Assembly: GCA_003971905.1 (NCBI GenBank)
Contig: RSEE01000051.1
Location: 1-64,000 of the forward strand
DNA length: 64,000 bases
Source of the DNA: Moniliella sp. 'wahieum'
Lineage: Eukaryota
Direction: 5' to 3'
The first letter of the stretch is position 1; the number at the start of each line of letters is the position of its first letter. The notes under the pieces are model-generated. The model had not been told where the DNA came from, ran no database searches, and saw only the letters and a program-made list of their open reading frames with translations. The position numbers were made by a program, and so were the translations under genes. This document shows positions 36,331 to 48,770 of the stretch, in pieces.

Positions 36331-37337
36331 TCAAGCGGCCTCGTCAGCTGTCGGCTCGGCGGCGGGCGCGGCGGCGGGCGCGGCGGCGGCGGACTCGGAA
36401 GCGGGCACAGCGGCGGCGGACTCGGCAGCCGGCTCGGCGGCGGGGCGGAGGACTCGGAAGCGGGCGCAGCGACGGCGGCGGACTCGGAAACGGGCGCAGC
36501 GGCGGCGGACTCGGCAGCCGGCTCGGCAGTCGGTTCCGGATTGGGCTCGGCCTCCTGCATGTCCGATGTCCAGAGCGCCAGGTTATCATGCAGCAGCTGC
36601 ATGATCAGTGTCGAGTCCCTGTAGGACTCTTCCGACAAGGTGTCCAGCTCGGCAGTCGCATCGTCAAACGCCAGCTTGGCCAGGTCGCAAGCGCGATCGG
36701 GCGAGTTGAGGATCTCATAGTAGAACACGGAGAAGTTGAGCGCCAGACGAGGCGGATGGGGTGGGAGGGAGCCAGCTCGGTGGCAGCCACGTCGGAAGCG
36801 GCCTTGTATGCCTCGAGAGACTTGTCCGTGCTCTCCTGCTGCGTGGAACTCATGGAAAACTCGGCAAGTAGCGGAAGTAGTCGCCCTTCATCTTGTAGTA
36901 GAACACCTTGCCCTCTCCCGTCGTAGCCGAGGGCAAGAGGTGCTTGTCGAGCACGGCGAGAATGCCATCGCAAATCTTGGCCAGCTCCGCCTCAATCTTC
37001 TCGCGGTAGGTCCTGGCGATGCCAAACTGGGCCGTGTTGCCCTCGCTCTCCTCCTTGTGTTCGATGAGGAGGAGACGATGCGCCAGGAAGCACGGCGGGC
37101 ACCAATCACGTTCTGTACGCGACCGAGAGCAGGTTGCGCTCCTCCACGGTCAGTTCCTGGCCAGCGGAAGGACGAGGTTGATGTGCTCAACCATCTCTGT
37201 GGCAAGCGGGTCAGGTTGGCAGGACGAGGCGAGGCGGGGCGCAGATACCGCAACAGAAACGGAACCACGCACCGTCGTACCGCTCAGCCTGCTCGGCAAG
37301 CTTGGCAAGGTAGACGTTGTCCTCAGGGGCGAGACAT
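36331..37337 (-). CDS. 14-3-3 protein, divergent, with Ala/Glu/Ser/Pro repeat tail; one intron
   Basis: [13 protein letters not shown], intron, [77 protein letters not shown]. Confidence 0.95.
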
Positions 37338-37359
37338 GGCAGGCAAAGGGGAGGATGGT

Positions 37360-37476
37360 GGGGATGGGGATGGGGATGGGGATGGGGATGGGGATGGGGA
37401 TGGGGATGGGGATGGGGATGGGATGGGGATGGGGATGGGGATGGGGATGGGGATGGGGATGGGATGGGGATGGGAT
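37360..37476. repeat. (GGGGAT)n hexanucleotide array, about 19 units
   Basis: Read directly; starts about 22 nt upstream of the 14-3-3 ATG. Confidence 0.97.
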
Positions 37477-38311
37477 GAGGAGGTTGACGTTGAGGAGGAG
37501 GTTGAGGATGAGGGCCAAGGCCACGGCCACGGCCAAGGCCCCTGAGGGGTGGTGCATTGAGCCAGGCTGGCGTGGATTGTCCGATCCCATCGGCGATGGA
37601 CGGTCAATGACCGGTGGATCGATGATCGATGATCGATAATCCAGCGTATCACGCTGACGCCCCGCACATCCACACTGCGCTCCTGCCCTTGCGCTCGCCT
37701 GAGTGTGTTGGGCCTGCGGCTGCGCCTGCCCCCCGCCCAGGGCCAGTGTGATGCGCAACCCTACTGCTACCTGGGTGCTCCAATAGCGAGCGCATGCTAG
37801 CTCCAACCACCGGAGGGCCGCGTGACGTGGGCCTGTCATGTGACCTCTCCCCCGTCGCGATGGACGGTGGAAGAGCACGCGAGAGCAGCAGCAGCCCCCC
37901 ACCGGCCGACTCGCCTCTTCTGGCGCTGGTGGCACGTGTCGAGCAGCGAGCGTGGTGCTCGATACGCCGACCAAGGAAGCCTTGGCGGACTGGATGTCCC
38001 TTAGAGGGTTGCTGGCGTGACATGCGACATCACATGCATCACAGGCGATGCCAAGGGCGTGGACTCGGCCGTTGAAATTTCACAATCCTCGTCGTGCCCT
38101 CCAGCATTGAAATTTCACCTCCTCAGCGAGGCCGTGGCACGGAGGCAGTCGTCGGGGACACTGGCTGGGTGCGGGACTGGATTTCTAATTGGGGGCCGGG
38201 GCGCTTGGGCCCAGCCCCGCTGGTCGGCGAGCTGCCACCACTACCACTACCACCGCTGCTGCGTGCGTGCTCGTAGGTGGTCTCGACGTGCTGGTGCTCC
38301 CGCTGCCCTCC

Positions 38312-38869
38312 ATGGCCTTCCCTCTGCGCTCCTCTGTCCGCCTCGCCGTGCGTCCCGCCTCGGCGGCCCTCCGCGCGCCCATCCCGGCCTGCGTCCGCTT
38401 CTCGTCCTCCGACAGCCACGGCCACCCGATCAACGAACCCCCCACGCTCCTGGGGCGTGCCCGAGGGCCAGAAGCGTCCGCGCGAGTCGTGGGAGATGCG
38501 TTTTACGCGTTCTGCGGTGGCTTTGCCATGTTTGCTCTCATCGGCTTCCTCCGCCCCGACACCTCGTGCGTTCGCATCCCTTCCCCCCTTCCTTCTTCCC
38601 CTCCCCCTGCCTGCTCACTGACAGGACAACTGACCCCTGACTCTGTCTCTGTCTGGTGCTGAATCGTTGGCTGGCGCTACAGGAAGGATGATGAGCACAA
38701 GGCCGAGGCGCTGAGGCGTCTTCAGAACAGCGACCTCAAGTGGTGGTACGAGCCTAGCCCTTACTCGGTTCTACTATGGCAGGCCGGAGTATTACCCCCT
38801 GGGGTGCCTGTACCCGAGAGGAAGAAGCCGGCGTTTTTGGTGGGTGAACCGGCCGCGGAGGAGCACTAA
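38312..38869 (+). CDS. NADH:ubiquinone oxidoreductase ESSS subunit (NDUFB11-like); one intron
   Basis: Presequence MAFPLRSSVRLAVRP, NEPPTLLG...QKRPRESWE, single TM ending RPDTS, intron GTGCGT...TACAG, then KAEALRRLQ. Confidence 0.8.
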
Positions 38870-40125
38870 CTTGGGCACGTACCTACCCATGCACTTTCCT
38901 CCTTCTCAGGATCCGCTCTGCCCCACCTCTGCAATCAATCTCCCTTGGCCACTCGGTCCTACATACAATCTTCTCCCCTCCACCCACAGTGGCGCCAAAA
39001 GGAGACCACAGTGCTAGGGCCCAAGGCTATAGAATGGAAGCTGGCGACCGCTTGGTTGCGAGGCGCCCGTAAACGTAAACACACCCAGCGCCGCTGCTCG
39101 GCGAGAAGGGCGTGTTACCACCCGGGGAAGAACGTCTGCCTGGCGCCACGGCGCCGTCCGCTTCCTCTCCAGGGCCCCCTCGGCAGGGGGAGAACTGTTG
39201 CTGCAGCGAGATGCCATGGCAGCCCGTTGCGAAGCACAGTGGGATGCGAGCGTTTGGGACCGGAATGGGTTCAGGTGCCGCGGGAGCTGTGGAGGGGGCA
39301 TCGCTCGGCTCCTCGGCTCAGGCTCTGGGTGGCCGCCCGCCTGGCTCGCCAAGCCAGTTGGGGCAGAAGCAGGCAAGGACAGGCTACTCGCGCGGAACCC
39401 CAATTCCGCCCGCCCGTGTCATTTATTGTCCTCGCCGGGACCGCATTGGCTAGTGACTAGGGACGCGTGACGCTGCTACGGGCCGAGCTCTCTGCTGGAC
39501 TCTCTGCGTGGCTAGCCTGCCTCGTCCTGACTAGCTGGACTGGATACGAAGCCTCGAGTGGGCAGTGGGGCCCGACGGGAAGATCGTCCGGACAGAGTTC
39601 TACGCATTGCGTATGGAAGACGGGTACAGATACCGCGGTGGGGTGTGATGCATGATGGCGCGGTGGAGTGCACGAATCCTTCCCGTCGGATTGGATGCTC
39701 CCAGTGCTGTCCCACCTGCCGCGTTGAACGTTGATGGGGCCCCTTGGCGAGCCGGATACGGCAACACACCATGTGTTCTGCTTTCGTCGCGGGGGGGGGG
39801 GGGGTGCACACAGATCCGTACTGGATGGGTCCAGGATCAGGATCAGGAGATCCACACCTACTCTTTGGTGCCCCCCAGCCCTGAGGGGCGCCATTGGGCT
39901 GGCCAAACGAAACGATCGCTCCTCTCCCCCACCCACCCAACCCCTGGCCCTACCGAGCGTGGGGTCCTCGTCCACCTCGTCCACTACGGAACTTTTGGAT
40001 CGTTGATTGGTTTCAGGTGGGGATTACATGTCCCATGTGCATATATGGGGCGGAGCCTGGTGCAAGCTAAGCAATGGGAATCGGCAAGGGAGGAGATGAT
40101 GAGGAAACGGAAGGATGCGTGGAGA

Positions 40126-40168
40126 AGATCGAGGGCATGGTAAGATCGAGGGCATGATAAGATCGAGG
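40126..40168. repeat. 17-bp tandem repeat (AGATCGAGGGCATG(G/A)TA, about 2.5 copies)
   Basis: Read directly. Confidence 0.85.
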
Positions 40169-40428
40169 TCGGTCGGCTTGGATGCACTGCAAGCGCGTCA
40201 AATAACGTTTCGCAGAGGGAGAAGCCATCAGGTGCAAGGAGACGTGCTGGGCCAAGGCTAGGCGCCGAGGCGGAGGCGGGGCAGGGGGAGAGGCGGGAGA
40301 GGTTCGGGTACGGACAAGCAGTCTGCCCGGTCCGACGAGCCAGCGGGCAAGCCGAGCAGAAACCTCAACCCAGAGTGGTAGTAGCACTGTAGTGTAGTAT
40401 AGTATAGTGTAGTGGTCGTGGTCGTGGT

Positions 40429-41903
40429 CTACTCGAAATGGTTGCCGTGTTGTGTTTTGAGGTGGCGGGCCAAGCTGTCTACCCGCGAGACGGCCAGGCC
40501 ACAGAGCGAACAGACAAACTTTTTCTCTGCGCCTACGGTGGGCAAGGGTACGGGCGAGGATGAGGAGGCGGAGCGCGAGCCCGATGGGGAACCTGGCGCA
40601 GGAGACGCAGAAGGACGAAGGCTGGGTCGCGGCGGGAAGAGAGAAGCCAAGCCGAGCGGACCGGCACCAATGTTGCCCCGGCCGCTTGGACTTCCAAAGC
40701 ATGTTTGCGCTTCACGTGCCGCGTCAGGGTCCATCCGACTTACGCTAATCTGACAAAAGTGACACGGAAATGAACCCTTGACTCGCATACGCGCTCCCTC
40801 CTCCTCCTCCTCCTCCTCCCGCCGCACGGTCGTCGTCCCAGCGGACCGACGGGCGCGCCGAAGAGCCATGCCCGATCGCCGGTTCGGCGGCGCGTACAGC
40901 CCACTCGCACTGGATCCTATCCCCACCGTCCAGCTGCCGGAGGGACGCGGTCGAACTAGGCGCAGTCGAAAGCAACGTCATTCGATCGGGCGAGCCTGCT
41001 TGGCCCTGGTCCAAAGTGCTAGGCCCACACAGGGAGCCTATCGCAGCAAGGGAGGTACCCATGTCCCCGAAATAGAGCGGTTGCGACCACCAGAAGCACA
41101 GAGCAGGCCCCCAGTTACGGCCGCCGCTCCTGCAGACGAACTGGACTCGGTCGCGGCCGCGGCCTGGACAGGAAGATGCGAAGGCGCCGACGTCCTCGCT
41201 GGCCCGGCCGTTTGAGTCGCAGCGCGAACGGCTTGCGCGGCCTGTTCCTGCACTTGGGCCAAGAGTTGGTCCGAGATGGGCGATCCTTGCGGCGGTGGGG
41301 GTTCGGGATCGCACGGCGCTTCGTCGAGGGCAGGCTGGACCTGGGCCTGGACCGAGGACGGTTCGGAGCTGGTGAGCAGGTTGGACGACGGCTCGGGTTG
41401 CACCCAGTCAGTCACTGCGTGCCGACGCAAATGGTCATCGGCCTGGGCGTAGTTGGCCAACAGGCGGACAGGCGGGGACGGGACAGGCCATCGAAGTGGT
41501 AGGTCCATTCCTTGGCCGAAAGGCCCAGGAGCGTCCCATCCAGCTGCCGGGCCGAGGCACGTGGGACCCGACTCAGTTTGGATGGCGTGTCGAGAAACGA
41601 AGGCTCGAACGCTTCGGCGTCCCCCAGAAGCACACCCGAGGGGCAGAACTGGCGGGGGCAAGCAAGGTTGTGTGTGTTGTGCTTGCTGTCTGAACTACAT
41701 TGGCAGCTGTGCCTCGGCCGCCGAGGGTTCGCACGACCCGGACAGGAAGATGTTGGGACAGAGGCTGCTTGGACAGATGGGAAACAGAGGCGGGCGTGGA
41801 GATGGGTCGAAGGCGGTCGGGAGCAAGGCGGGGCTCGTCTCGGTACATTGGACCTCCCCGCCATGGGGCTCGGCGGGGGAGGAGCAAGCGCAGTAAAGGG
41901 CAT
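40429..41903 (-). CDS. C2H2 zinc-finger protein with two C-terminal fingers; start uncertain
   Basis: FPCHFCQISVSRMD (frameshifted finger) and FVCSLCGLAVSRVDSLARHLKTQH; upstream low-complexity Ser/Pro/Gln/Ala frames. Confidence 0.65.
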
Positions 41904-43310
41904 GAGAAGGAGGCAGAATACGGGGTTGGCCGGGCCTGCTGAGATGCTCGATGCGGGCAGTGGGGGAGGCGAAGCGTCCAGACGGACGACAGGCTGGAGC
42001 GTGCGGGAGCAAGTGCTGCTGGCCAGCTGGGAGCAGAGCGGCGTGATGAGCAGGCATCACGCGCACCGCGTTCATTAATCATTCCGTCACGAGTGACACG
42101 GAGTGGTCACTAGTCACTGGGCTGCTACATCCGGCTGCGTCGGCCTGGCGGGTCAATTGAACCAGTCGCATTGCCAAACTTGGGGGCACATGGGCCGGCA
42201 GCTGCCGTGCAGAGCGCAGACAGGGGCACAGGAATGAATGATCGCAACGATCACGGCGTTGAATGCTGAATGACTCGATGGGTCGGTAGCTAGCAGCTGG
42301 CAGTGTGTTGGGTGCGCTCTTTGTGTGCAGCTCGGCATCACACGCCCGTGCTGGACGCTTCGACTAGTCAAGAGAGCCGCTTTGCTACGCACGAGTCAGC
42401 CGACTGCTCAGCTAGTCAGCTTGACGAGTGACGCTTCCAGCTGCGGGGCCTGAGCCGGAGTCGGAGGGGACAAGAAACAATCGGCGGCACATTTCGAGGT
42501 GAAGGCACGTTGAACGTTGAACGGTGAACTTGAACGTTGCCGGGGCCACGTACATTGATTGAGGTGGAGAGATGGCCGGTGGCGAGAGGCGAGAGGCGAG
42601 CGGCGCGGCGGCTATATACCAAGTTTGGGAAAGTTCGACTTGGGAATTTCATTCGGAGCATAATCCAATGGGTTCAGCTTGATTTGAACGTTAGCCGTCT
42701 TAAACCCCGTCGTACCGCGCGCGGGACAACCGGGATAAACCCGTCCGAAGCGGACAAGGGACAACGCAGCCCGCGGCCGCAGGCAACCGAACCAGCCGCT
42801 GATTCTGAAAAGAGCGCCTGGCACCGAGGGGCATCGCAATCCCATCCATCGGGTCGCTGCGAGTTGCGCTAGCTCGGTGGGAGCCGTCTCTGAGCCCCCT
42901 GGATGCCTGCGCGCCGTCGAGCAGCGGAGGGACGAGCACAAGAGGCAACGTGTAACAGGCACCAGTGGAGCAATAAAGATGCTCCCCATCTCAGCATTCC
43001 CCATCTGCAGATCCGACAGAGTCCAACACATCCAACCATGCCCCCAGCGCTGAGCGTTGAACATTTGACTTGCGTAGCCGCGCCGGCGTTCTTACTGGGG
43101 GGGGCACGTGACGCGTGCGGCTGAGCTGAGCTCAGCTGCCACGTAGCTGCGGCCCCGCGCCGCGCGTGTGCCTGCCCCCCCCGTCCCCACACCCGCCCCG
43201 TCGCATAGGTAATTCCGCCCCCTCGGCGTCGGCCGCTCGCTTGAAAAAAAATTCCTTGGCCCAGGGGCCGGCCGCCCACGTCGTCTGCTCCACCAACCGA
43301 CGCGCACACC

Positions 43311-43760
43311 ATGCCCAAGGCCAAAGGAAAGGGTGGCAAGAACCGCCGCCGCGGGAAAGGCCAGAGCAACATGAAGCGTGAGCTCCTCTTCAAGGAGGAG
43401 GGCCAAGAGTACGCCCAGGTCAACAAGATTCTCGGCAACGGCCGCCTGGAGGTGCAGTGCTTTGACGGCGAGAAGCGTCTGGCGCTGATCCGGGGCAAGC
43501 TGCGCCGCCGTGTGCTCATTGTGCTGCAGGACATCCTCCTGGTCTCGCTGCGTGACTTCCAGGACTCCAAGTGCGATGTCCTGCAAAAGTACACGCCGGA
43601 CGAGGCGCGCGAACTGAAGAAGTACGGCCAGCTCCCCGAGACGGCCAAGATCAACGAGAACGAGGGCGAGGAAGTGGGCGGTGGCTCGGACATTGAGTTC
43701 GGCGAGGTGTCGGACGAAGATGAGGAGGAGGATGACGATGAGGACTTGGATGACCTTTAA
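43311..43760 (+). CDS. TIF11: Translation initiation factor eIF1A, intronless, divergent
   Basis: Intact 149-aa [60 protein letters not shown], acidic tail ending DLDDL. Confidence 0.95.
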   Translation: MPKAKGKGGKNRRRGKGQSNMKRELLFKEEGQEYAQVNKILGNGRLEVQCFDGEKRLALIRGKLRRRVLIVLQDILLVSLRDFQDSKCDVLQKYTPDEARELKKYGQLPETAKINENEGEEVGGGSDIEFGEVSDEDEEEDDDEDLDDL

Positions 43761-45624
43761 TATGGTCTCTCCTGCACTTGTGTCCTCCCCGCGCGCCACT
43801 TCCTCCCTCCCTTCCCCCACCCCCAAACCCCTCTGCTCCCGGGGAGGGGCATCTATCGTGGAGCCCAAGGACCGAGGCACGGTCTTTTCCCGGATCTGTT
43901 GTTGGAAGGAGTGGGCTCTCCTTTTCTCTCGCTTGCGCTTGGCGTGGACCGACGTGGGATTCATCTGTTTCACAGTAGGGCGCGCCGGCCTCTGGCCACG
44001 CATGATGCATGACCCCCCCCCCACTCCTCTCCCCTTTGTTTGTCCCGGCACCTTGTTCTCCCTTGTACATTTGCCTCTTCTCCCCAGGGGTCCTTGCCTT
44101 GGCTGCCCTCAGCATTGAAACCTTTTCAACCAGTTGCTTTGTGCATGTTAGTGAGTCGGGTACGCGTGGCCTGCAGAACGTGTGGTTAGTAGGGTGAAAG
44201 AAATTTACGTTGAGTGGGTCCGGCGAGGTGTGATGGCAGTGGGGTAACCGGCAACTGAACATTGAGGTGTCCCCTGGTACCCCTTGGTTGATGAGCCACC
44301 CAGGGTATAGCTACTGACTGCTAGTAGACTTGGGTGGGAATGCAGGTACGTATGCACCACCCTGCCCACACGGAACCTACCGCGCCATCAATACCCGCCA
44401 CATTCCCCTGCATGCCCACCCCACGCAGTCTCCGTAGATGGAAGGAAGATGGGTATACCATACCCAAGCATATCCTACACTGCCCCCTAACCAGTTCAGG
44501 GCTCACTTGCGGGTGGTTGTATCCTGAGCTGCAGGGGCACCACGCTTCACCCCCGTTTTTCCGCCCACCTCCGCCTCGCCAGCTTCGGGGACCCAGAGGC
44601 CATGCAACATCGTAGCATAGTAAGATCGAGCTGCAGCCTGTTGCTACCCCTCATTTTGCCCCCCCCCCCAGCTGCCCTTGCCTTCCCGTCGAGCAGAGCA
44701 ACTGCGCTAGGGCGAGTGTACCCCCACCACGGACAATCCAGGGGACAGTATTGATGGGGCTGTAAAGTTGGCCCTATATAGTCCTTTTTATTTCTAGGCC
44801 TTACGCGGGGTGCGCGTTATGAGTTGCGACCACAGTTGCAGGAGCACAGGCTTTTGTGCGAACACAAGGCACACGTGGGCAGGAGGTAGGAGCGGCCCAC
44901 TCAAGGTGTCCAAGTAGCTGGGGGCTACCGTCCAGCATGGCGGCAAGTAGGGTGGAGGGGTGGTGGTGATGCTGATGTGCCAAGGCGCCCAACCAATCCA
45001 CTGATCCAGCCGGGCGCAGGGCCTGCCCCGCCCCTCTCCCATCTGAGCGTGGGGAGAGGCCTGGGCTCCGGCACGGCAGCTGGGTTGGTGCGTGGGGCGA
45101 GCCTTGGGTATTGGCGTGCGTTGGCCGGCTGGGCAGGCACGAGACCTGCGTATGCACAACTGACAGCTGCTCGCAAGTTCGCAGACAGGGCCAGTGGCTG
45201 GCGCTGCGCGTGTGGCCGGCCAGCCGATGGGCGCGTGTTGGCACACTGCCTCCCCGCGGGGGCTGGACCCCCAGCCGCGGCCCCGCACGGCCACAGTGTC
45301 GCACCGCAGCGCACGCCGGCTCCTGCGCATCGCCTTGGAGATCTGACTGTGGGCTGGAGCCAGCGGAGCGACGGAAGCGGTGGGCATAGCGCCTGCCTGG
45401 GAGGCGTAGGCCCTGTCTGGCCCCAGTTCTGCTGGGTCGTGCGGCGGCCAGTAGGCCACTGTGCATCTTGTGCGCAGAAGCGCAGGCAGCAGACAGCCGC
45501 CGTGGGGGAGCTTTGGTTGGTTTCGGCCCTCTTCTCTCGCCGGGCATAATATACCTTTGCCCCCTCCCCCTCTCCCTCAATCTTCGCCACTCGCGCTTGC
45601 CCCCCCCGCCTTGCTGCCCACACC

Positions 45625-47208
45625 ATGACCAAACTGGCCCAGGCTGCGTCTCTGCTTCTGCTGGCTGCCGCCCTTGGCGCCGAGGCTGCCATGGTGCGCC
45701 GCCAGGGGCCCGCGCCCGGCGCAACCAACAACACGGACAACATCCTCGACATCCAGTCTTACCTTGCCACCGGCTACACCAACGGCTCCGTTGCTCCTGG
45801 TACCTGGGCCACCGATGCCTCGGGCCAGTACGTGGTTGTCAACCCCAGCCAGGATGGCGCCGATGACAACTCGCAGGTGAGCTGGTGCCCGACCATCTTC
45901 ATTGGCGACGCCAACGTCGGTGGGTCCTTCCTTACTGGCTGGACCTCCCTGCCCAACATTGTCAACTTTGACTTGAAGCGCGATGTCGTCGTCGACCGCG
46001 CTAGCAACGCCGTCTTGCCCTACTATGTCGAGCGCAAGGATTTCACCAAGGTCAAGCGCGTCGTATGTCCTCTCTTCCTTTCCCTCTTCATTTCCTTCTT
46101 CTTCTTGTATTGGTGTACCCGCAGTTGTTACTAACGGCCCTTGCCTGCCCCTCCACACACAGATTGTTATCCAACCTGGTCAGCCGCGTGACAGCTGGAA
46201 GTACACCAACTTGGTACGCAATGCACTAGTGTGCGCGGCGAACTCGTCCATGGTGTGTGTCGCTGCAAGATGTGCTGGTGGTGGGGCCAGCGTGGTTGAG
46301 CTCGGACGACCATAACGCAGGCGCAGCCCAGTCGAACGATCTCTACTTCCCTCGGGCGGTGCGTGGGCCGAAGGCGTTCGTTCGGACGGACCCGGCTCTA
46401 CGTCGGTGAGCTCGTTCAAAGCGATGGACGAGCTGATCAGCTCTTTCTTTAACAAGGCTACCTACCCGCAAGTGGGCAGTGTGATCGTGATGGGTCATTC
46501 GCTTGGCGGGACATTTACCCAGCGGTACGCCATGCTTCGCCATCCCAACGCGGCCGAGGACCCGTACCTTTCGTACTGGACGGGCAACTGTGGAGCGTAC
46601 GCTTGGCCGTCCACTTCGCGTCCTTTCCCCGCCGCATCCAAGTGTGCAAGTTCGTTTGACAACTGGCCCTATGGCCTGGCGGGCAGCATCCCAGCCTACG
46701 CCAACTCGTCATTTGACCGCGACGCTACCCTGGCCACCTACCTCAACCGTACCATCCACTACACCGCGGGCTTGCTCGACAACGGAGCTGGCGATACCTC
46801 CTGTGCTGCCCAGACCCAGGGCGGCACGCACTTGCAGCGTGCGCAGGACTTGCAAACCACCCTCTCTGGGCTTCCTCAGGCGGCCCACAACGCACCGTGG
46901 ACATTTGACTTTATGCCCAACACGAGTCACCAGGACGAGCGGATGATCGCTGCCATCCCTTCTCTCATCCGTCTCTTCTCGAACGGACTGAACAACACAT
47001 GCCTGGTACTTCCGCTTCGTCCCACCCGTCCAGCTCTACGTCTCCCTCGGGGGCACACCCCGCACATGGTTCGGCCTCGGGAAGTGCAAGCAGCACTCAA
47101 CGGGCCTCGTCGCACCACAGTGGCGTCGCGTCGCTGCCCAGCAGCAACTTGCTTGTCCCGCTCCTCACCCTCCTCGTCTCCTTCGCCGCGACTGTCACTT
47201 GGTTCTAG
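45625..47208 (+). CDS. Secreted, probably GPI-anchored alpha/beta-hydrolase-fold protein; introns
   Basis: Signal peptide MTKLAQAASLLLLAAALGAEA; nucleophile elbow VMGHSLGG; candidate Asp (LLDNG) and His (TSHQD); Ser-rich linker and hydrophobic C-terminus LLVPLLTLLVSFAATVTWF*. Confidence 0.7.
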
Positions 47209-47636
47209 TGTGATATCTGGTCTCCCTTTTGGTGCTCACATGTGGCCCAGGCTTTCTCCTCCCCCCCGGTCTCCTCGTATGGGTTGCGGCGCTGACTGAT
47301 GCGCATGCATTTTTAATTCATTCAACACCTATTTTTGGCTCATCTGCCTCGACTGATATATCTATTTTCCCATGTAAGGAACAGTTTCCCTCTCTGGTGT
47401 GTGGTTCCGAAAATACGAGAGTAGGATATCCTAACATTGTGCACACATCGCATGGACTTCATGCGGCAGGAGGCAAAAAGAGGTCGAAGGACGAAAACCC
47501 AGTTGGTCGTACTTGAGCCTACTTACCGCCATGGACCTGTGCAACTTTGCCTACAAAACAAATGCCACAACAGGCCACGGCAGCCACGACGCAGGTAGAA
47601 AAGAAACCATTACGAAAAAAGGACGCCCTGTCGGGT

Positions 47637-47718
47637 CGAACGACGCAGGGGTCGAACCTGCAACCTCCTGATTACAATCCAATCGTAGTCAGACGCGCTA
47701 CCATTGCGCCAGCCGTCC
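47637..47718 (-). tRNA. tRNA-Arg(ACG) with 10-nt intron
   Basis: Reverse complement: GGACGGC/GTCGTTC acceptor, GCGC/GCGC D-stem, TCTGA-CT-ACG-A[intron]A-TCAGG, T-arm GCAGG-TTCGACC-CCTGC, T6 run about 17 nt downstream. Confidence 0.95.
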
Positions 47719-48222
47719 TTGTGATGCAGTTTGCTCAACCAAGGCTCCTGCCACACTGAAAGTTGACCGTTGACCGTTGAGCGATATTGACGGTAGATTC
47801 AGCTCCTTCCTTCACTACCTCCTTGCTGTCCTCTATCCGCGTGCTGCCGTTACCCATCTCATTAGCCGCTTGATCACACCCCCTTTCGCTGAGCTGTCTC
47901 TGCGGATGGTGAGACGAACCAAGTGTACTCTTGCCCCCCCCCTGCGTTCTCCGTGAACAGGGCCCATCCTTGGCAACCCGGCTATCCTACCCAGCGCAAC
48001 AAGATGCGGTAGAAGAAGTTCAGACTGGTATCAATCAGGATTGCAGCGCAAGATGGGACAAGCACTTGTCTGTACCCCACCTACGCCTTACATACCTTGG
48101 CCACGGCGACCCCACCGCGTGGTGGCCGGCTTGGAAAATAAAGAACAAAAGTGCTAAAGAAGGGACAACCAAGCAGACCACCCGTTCCCTGTTAAAGCCC
48201 GAGGCGGGGGGGGGGGGGGGTT

Positions 48223-48770
48223 CTAGAGCGCCATCCGTGTGGTGAGACAGCAGGAGGCAGCATGACGATGTTCGTGTGCGAGCGTGCGCACCACTTGGGC
48301 CAGGGCGGTATCGGGGGCGACCATGGCAGGCCGCGCTCCGGCCGCGACGGCGGCATGAGCCAAACTTTCCATCTCCTTTGCCACGCCAACCAGTAAGGTG
48401 GCGTAGCACGCATGTTGGCTTGCGTGGGCCTCAGTTCGGGGCCGGGAGCGAGGCAGGCGCGCAGACCACAGGCGGCAGGACGGGCGGCTGGCCCGGCGCT
48501 TGCACTTGAGCTTGCGCTCGCTCATGCCTCTCTATGGCGCTGGTGGCGTTGTGCAGCGCGAGCTGCGCAGTGCCGCGCTGGATGGTGAGCATGGCGTAGA
48601 TGCGGCTGACCTGGTGCGCATGCGTCCGTGCGTTCGTCCGATTGTTCGTCCGTCCGTCAGCGGGGTTGTCCTGCACGCCACGCGGCACGGGCCGAGGAGG
48701 AGATGCGTACCGTGTCCTCCTGCTGTGGCGAGAGGGGCGGCGGGCGCGCAGACAGGGGGGGAAGGAGCAT
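48223..48770 (-). CDS. Small hypothetical protein, probable intron
   Basis: MLLPPLSARPPPLSPQQEDT, intron GTACGC...GCTGAC...CAG, then VSRIYAMLTIQ; helical-looking C-terminal frame; head-to-head with the Borealin-like gene. Confidence 0.3.

Noticed and set aside
39120..39390. RNase P RNA-like words GGGGAAG..GTCTG and CAGGCTACTC
   Set aside because: Spacing does not fit the CR-I/CR-V consensus; kept only as an unspecific structured-region note.
47587..47594. Short copy of the tRNA-Arg 3' end (ACGACGCAGG) as an integration scar
   Set aside because: Only about 10 bp, about 50 bp away, with no element in between.
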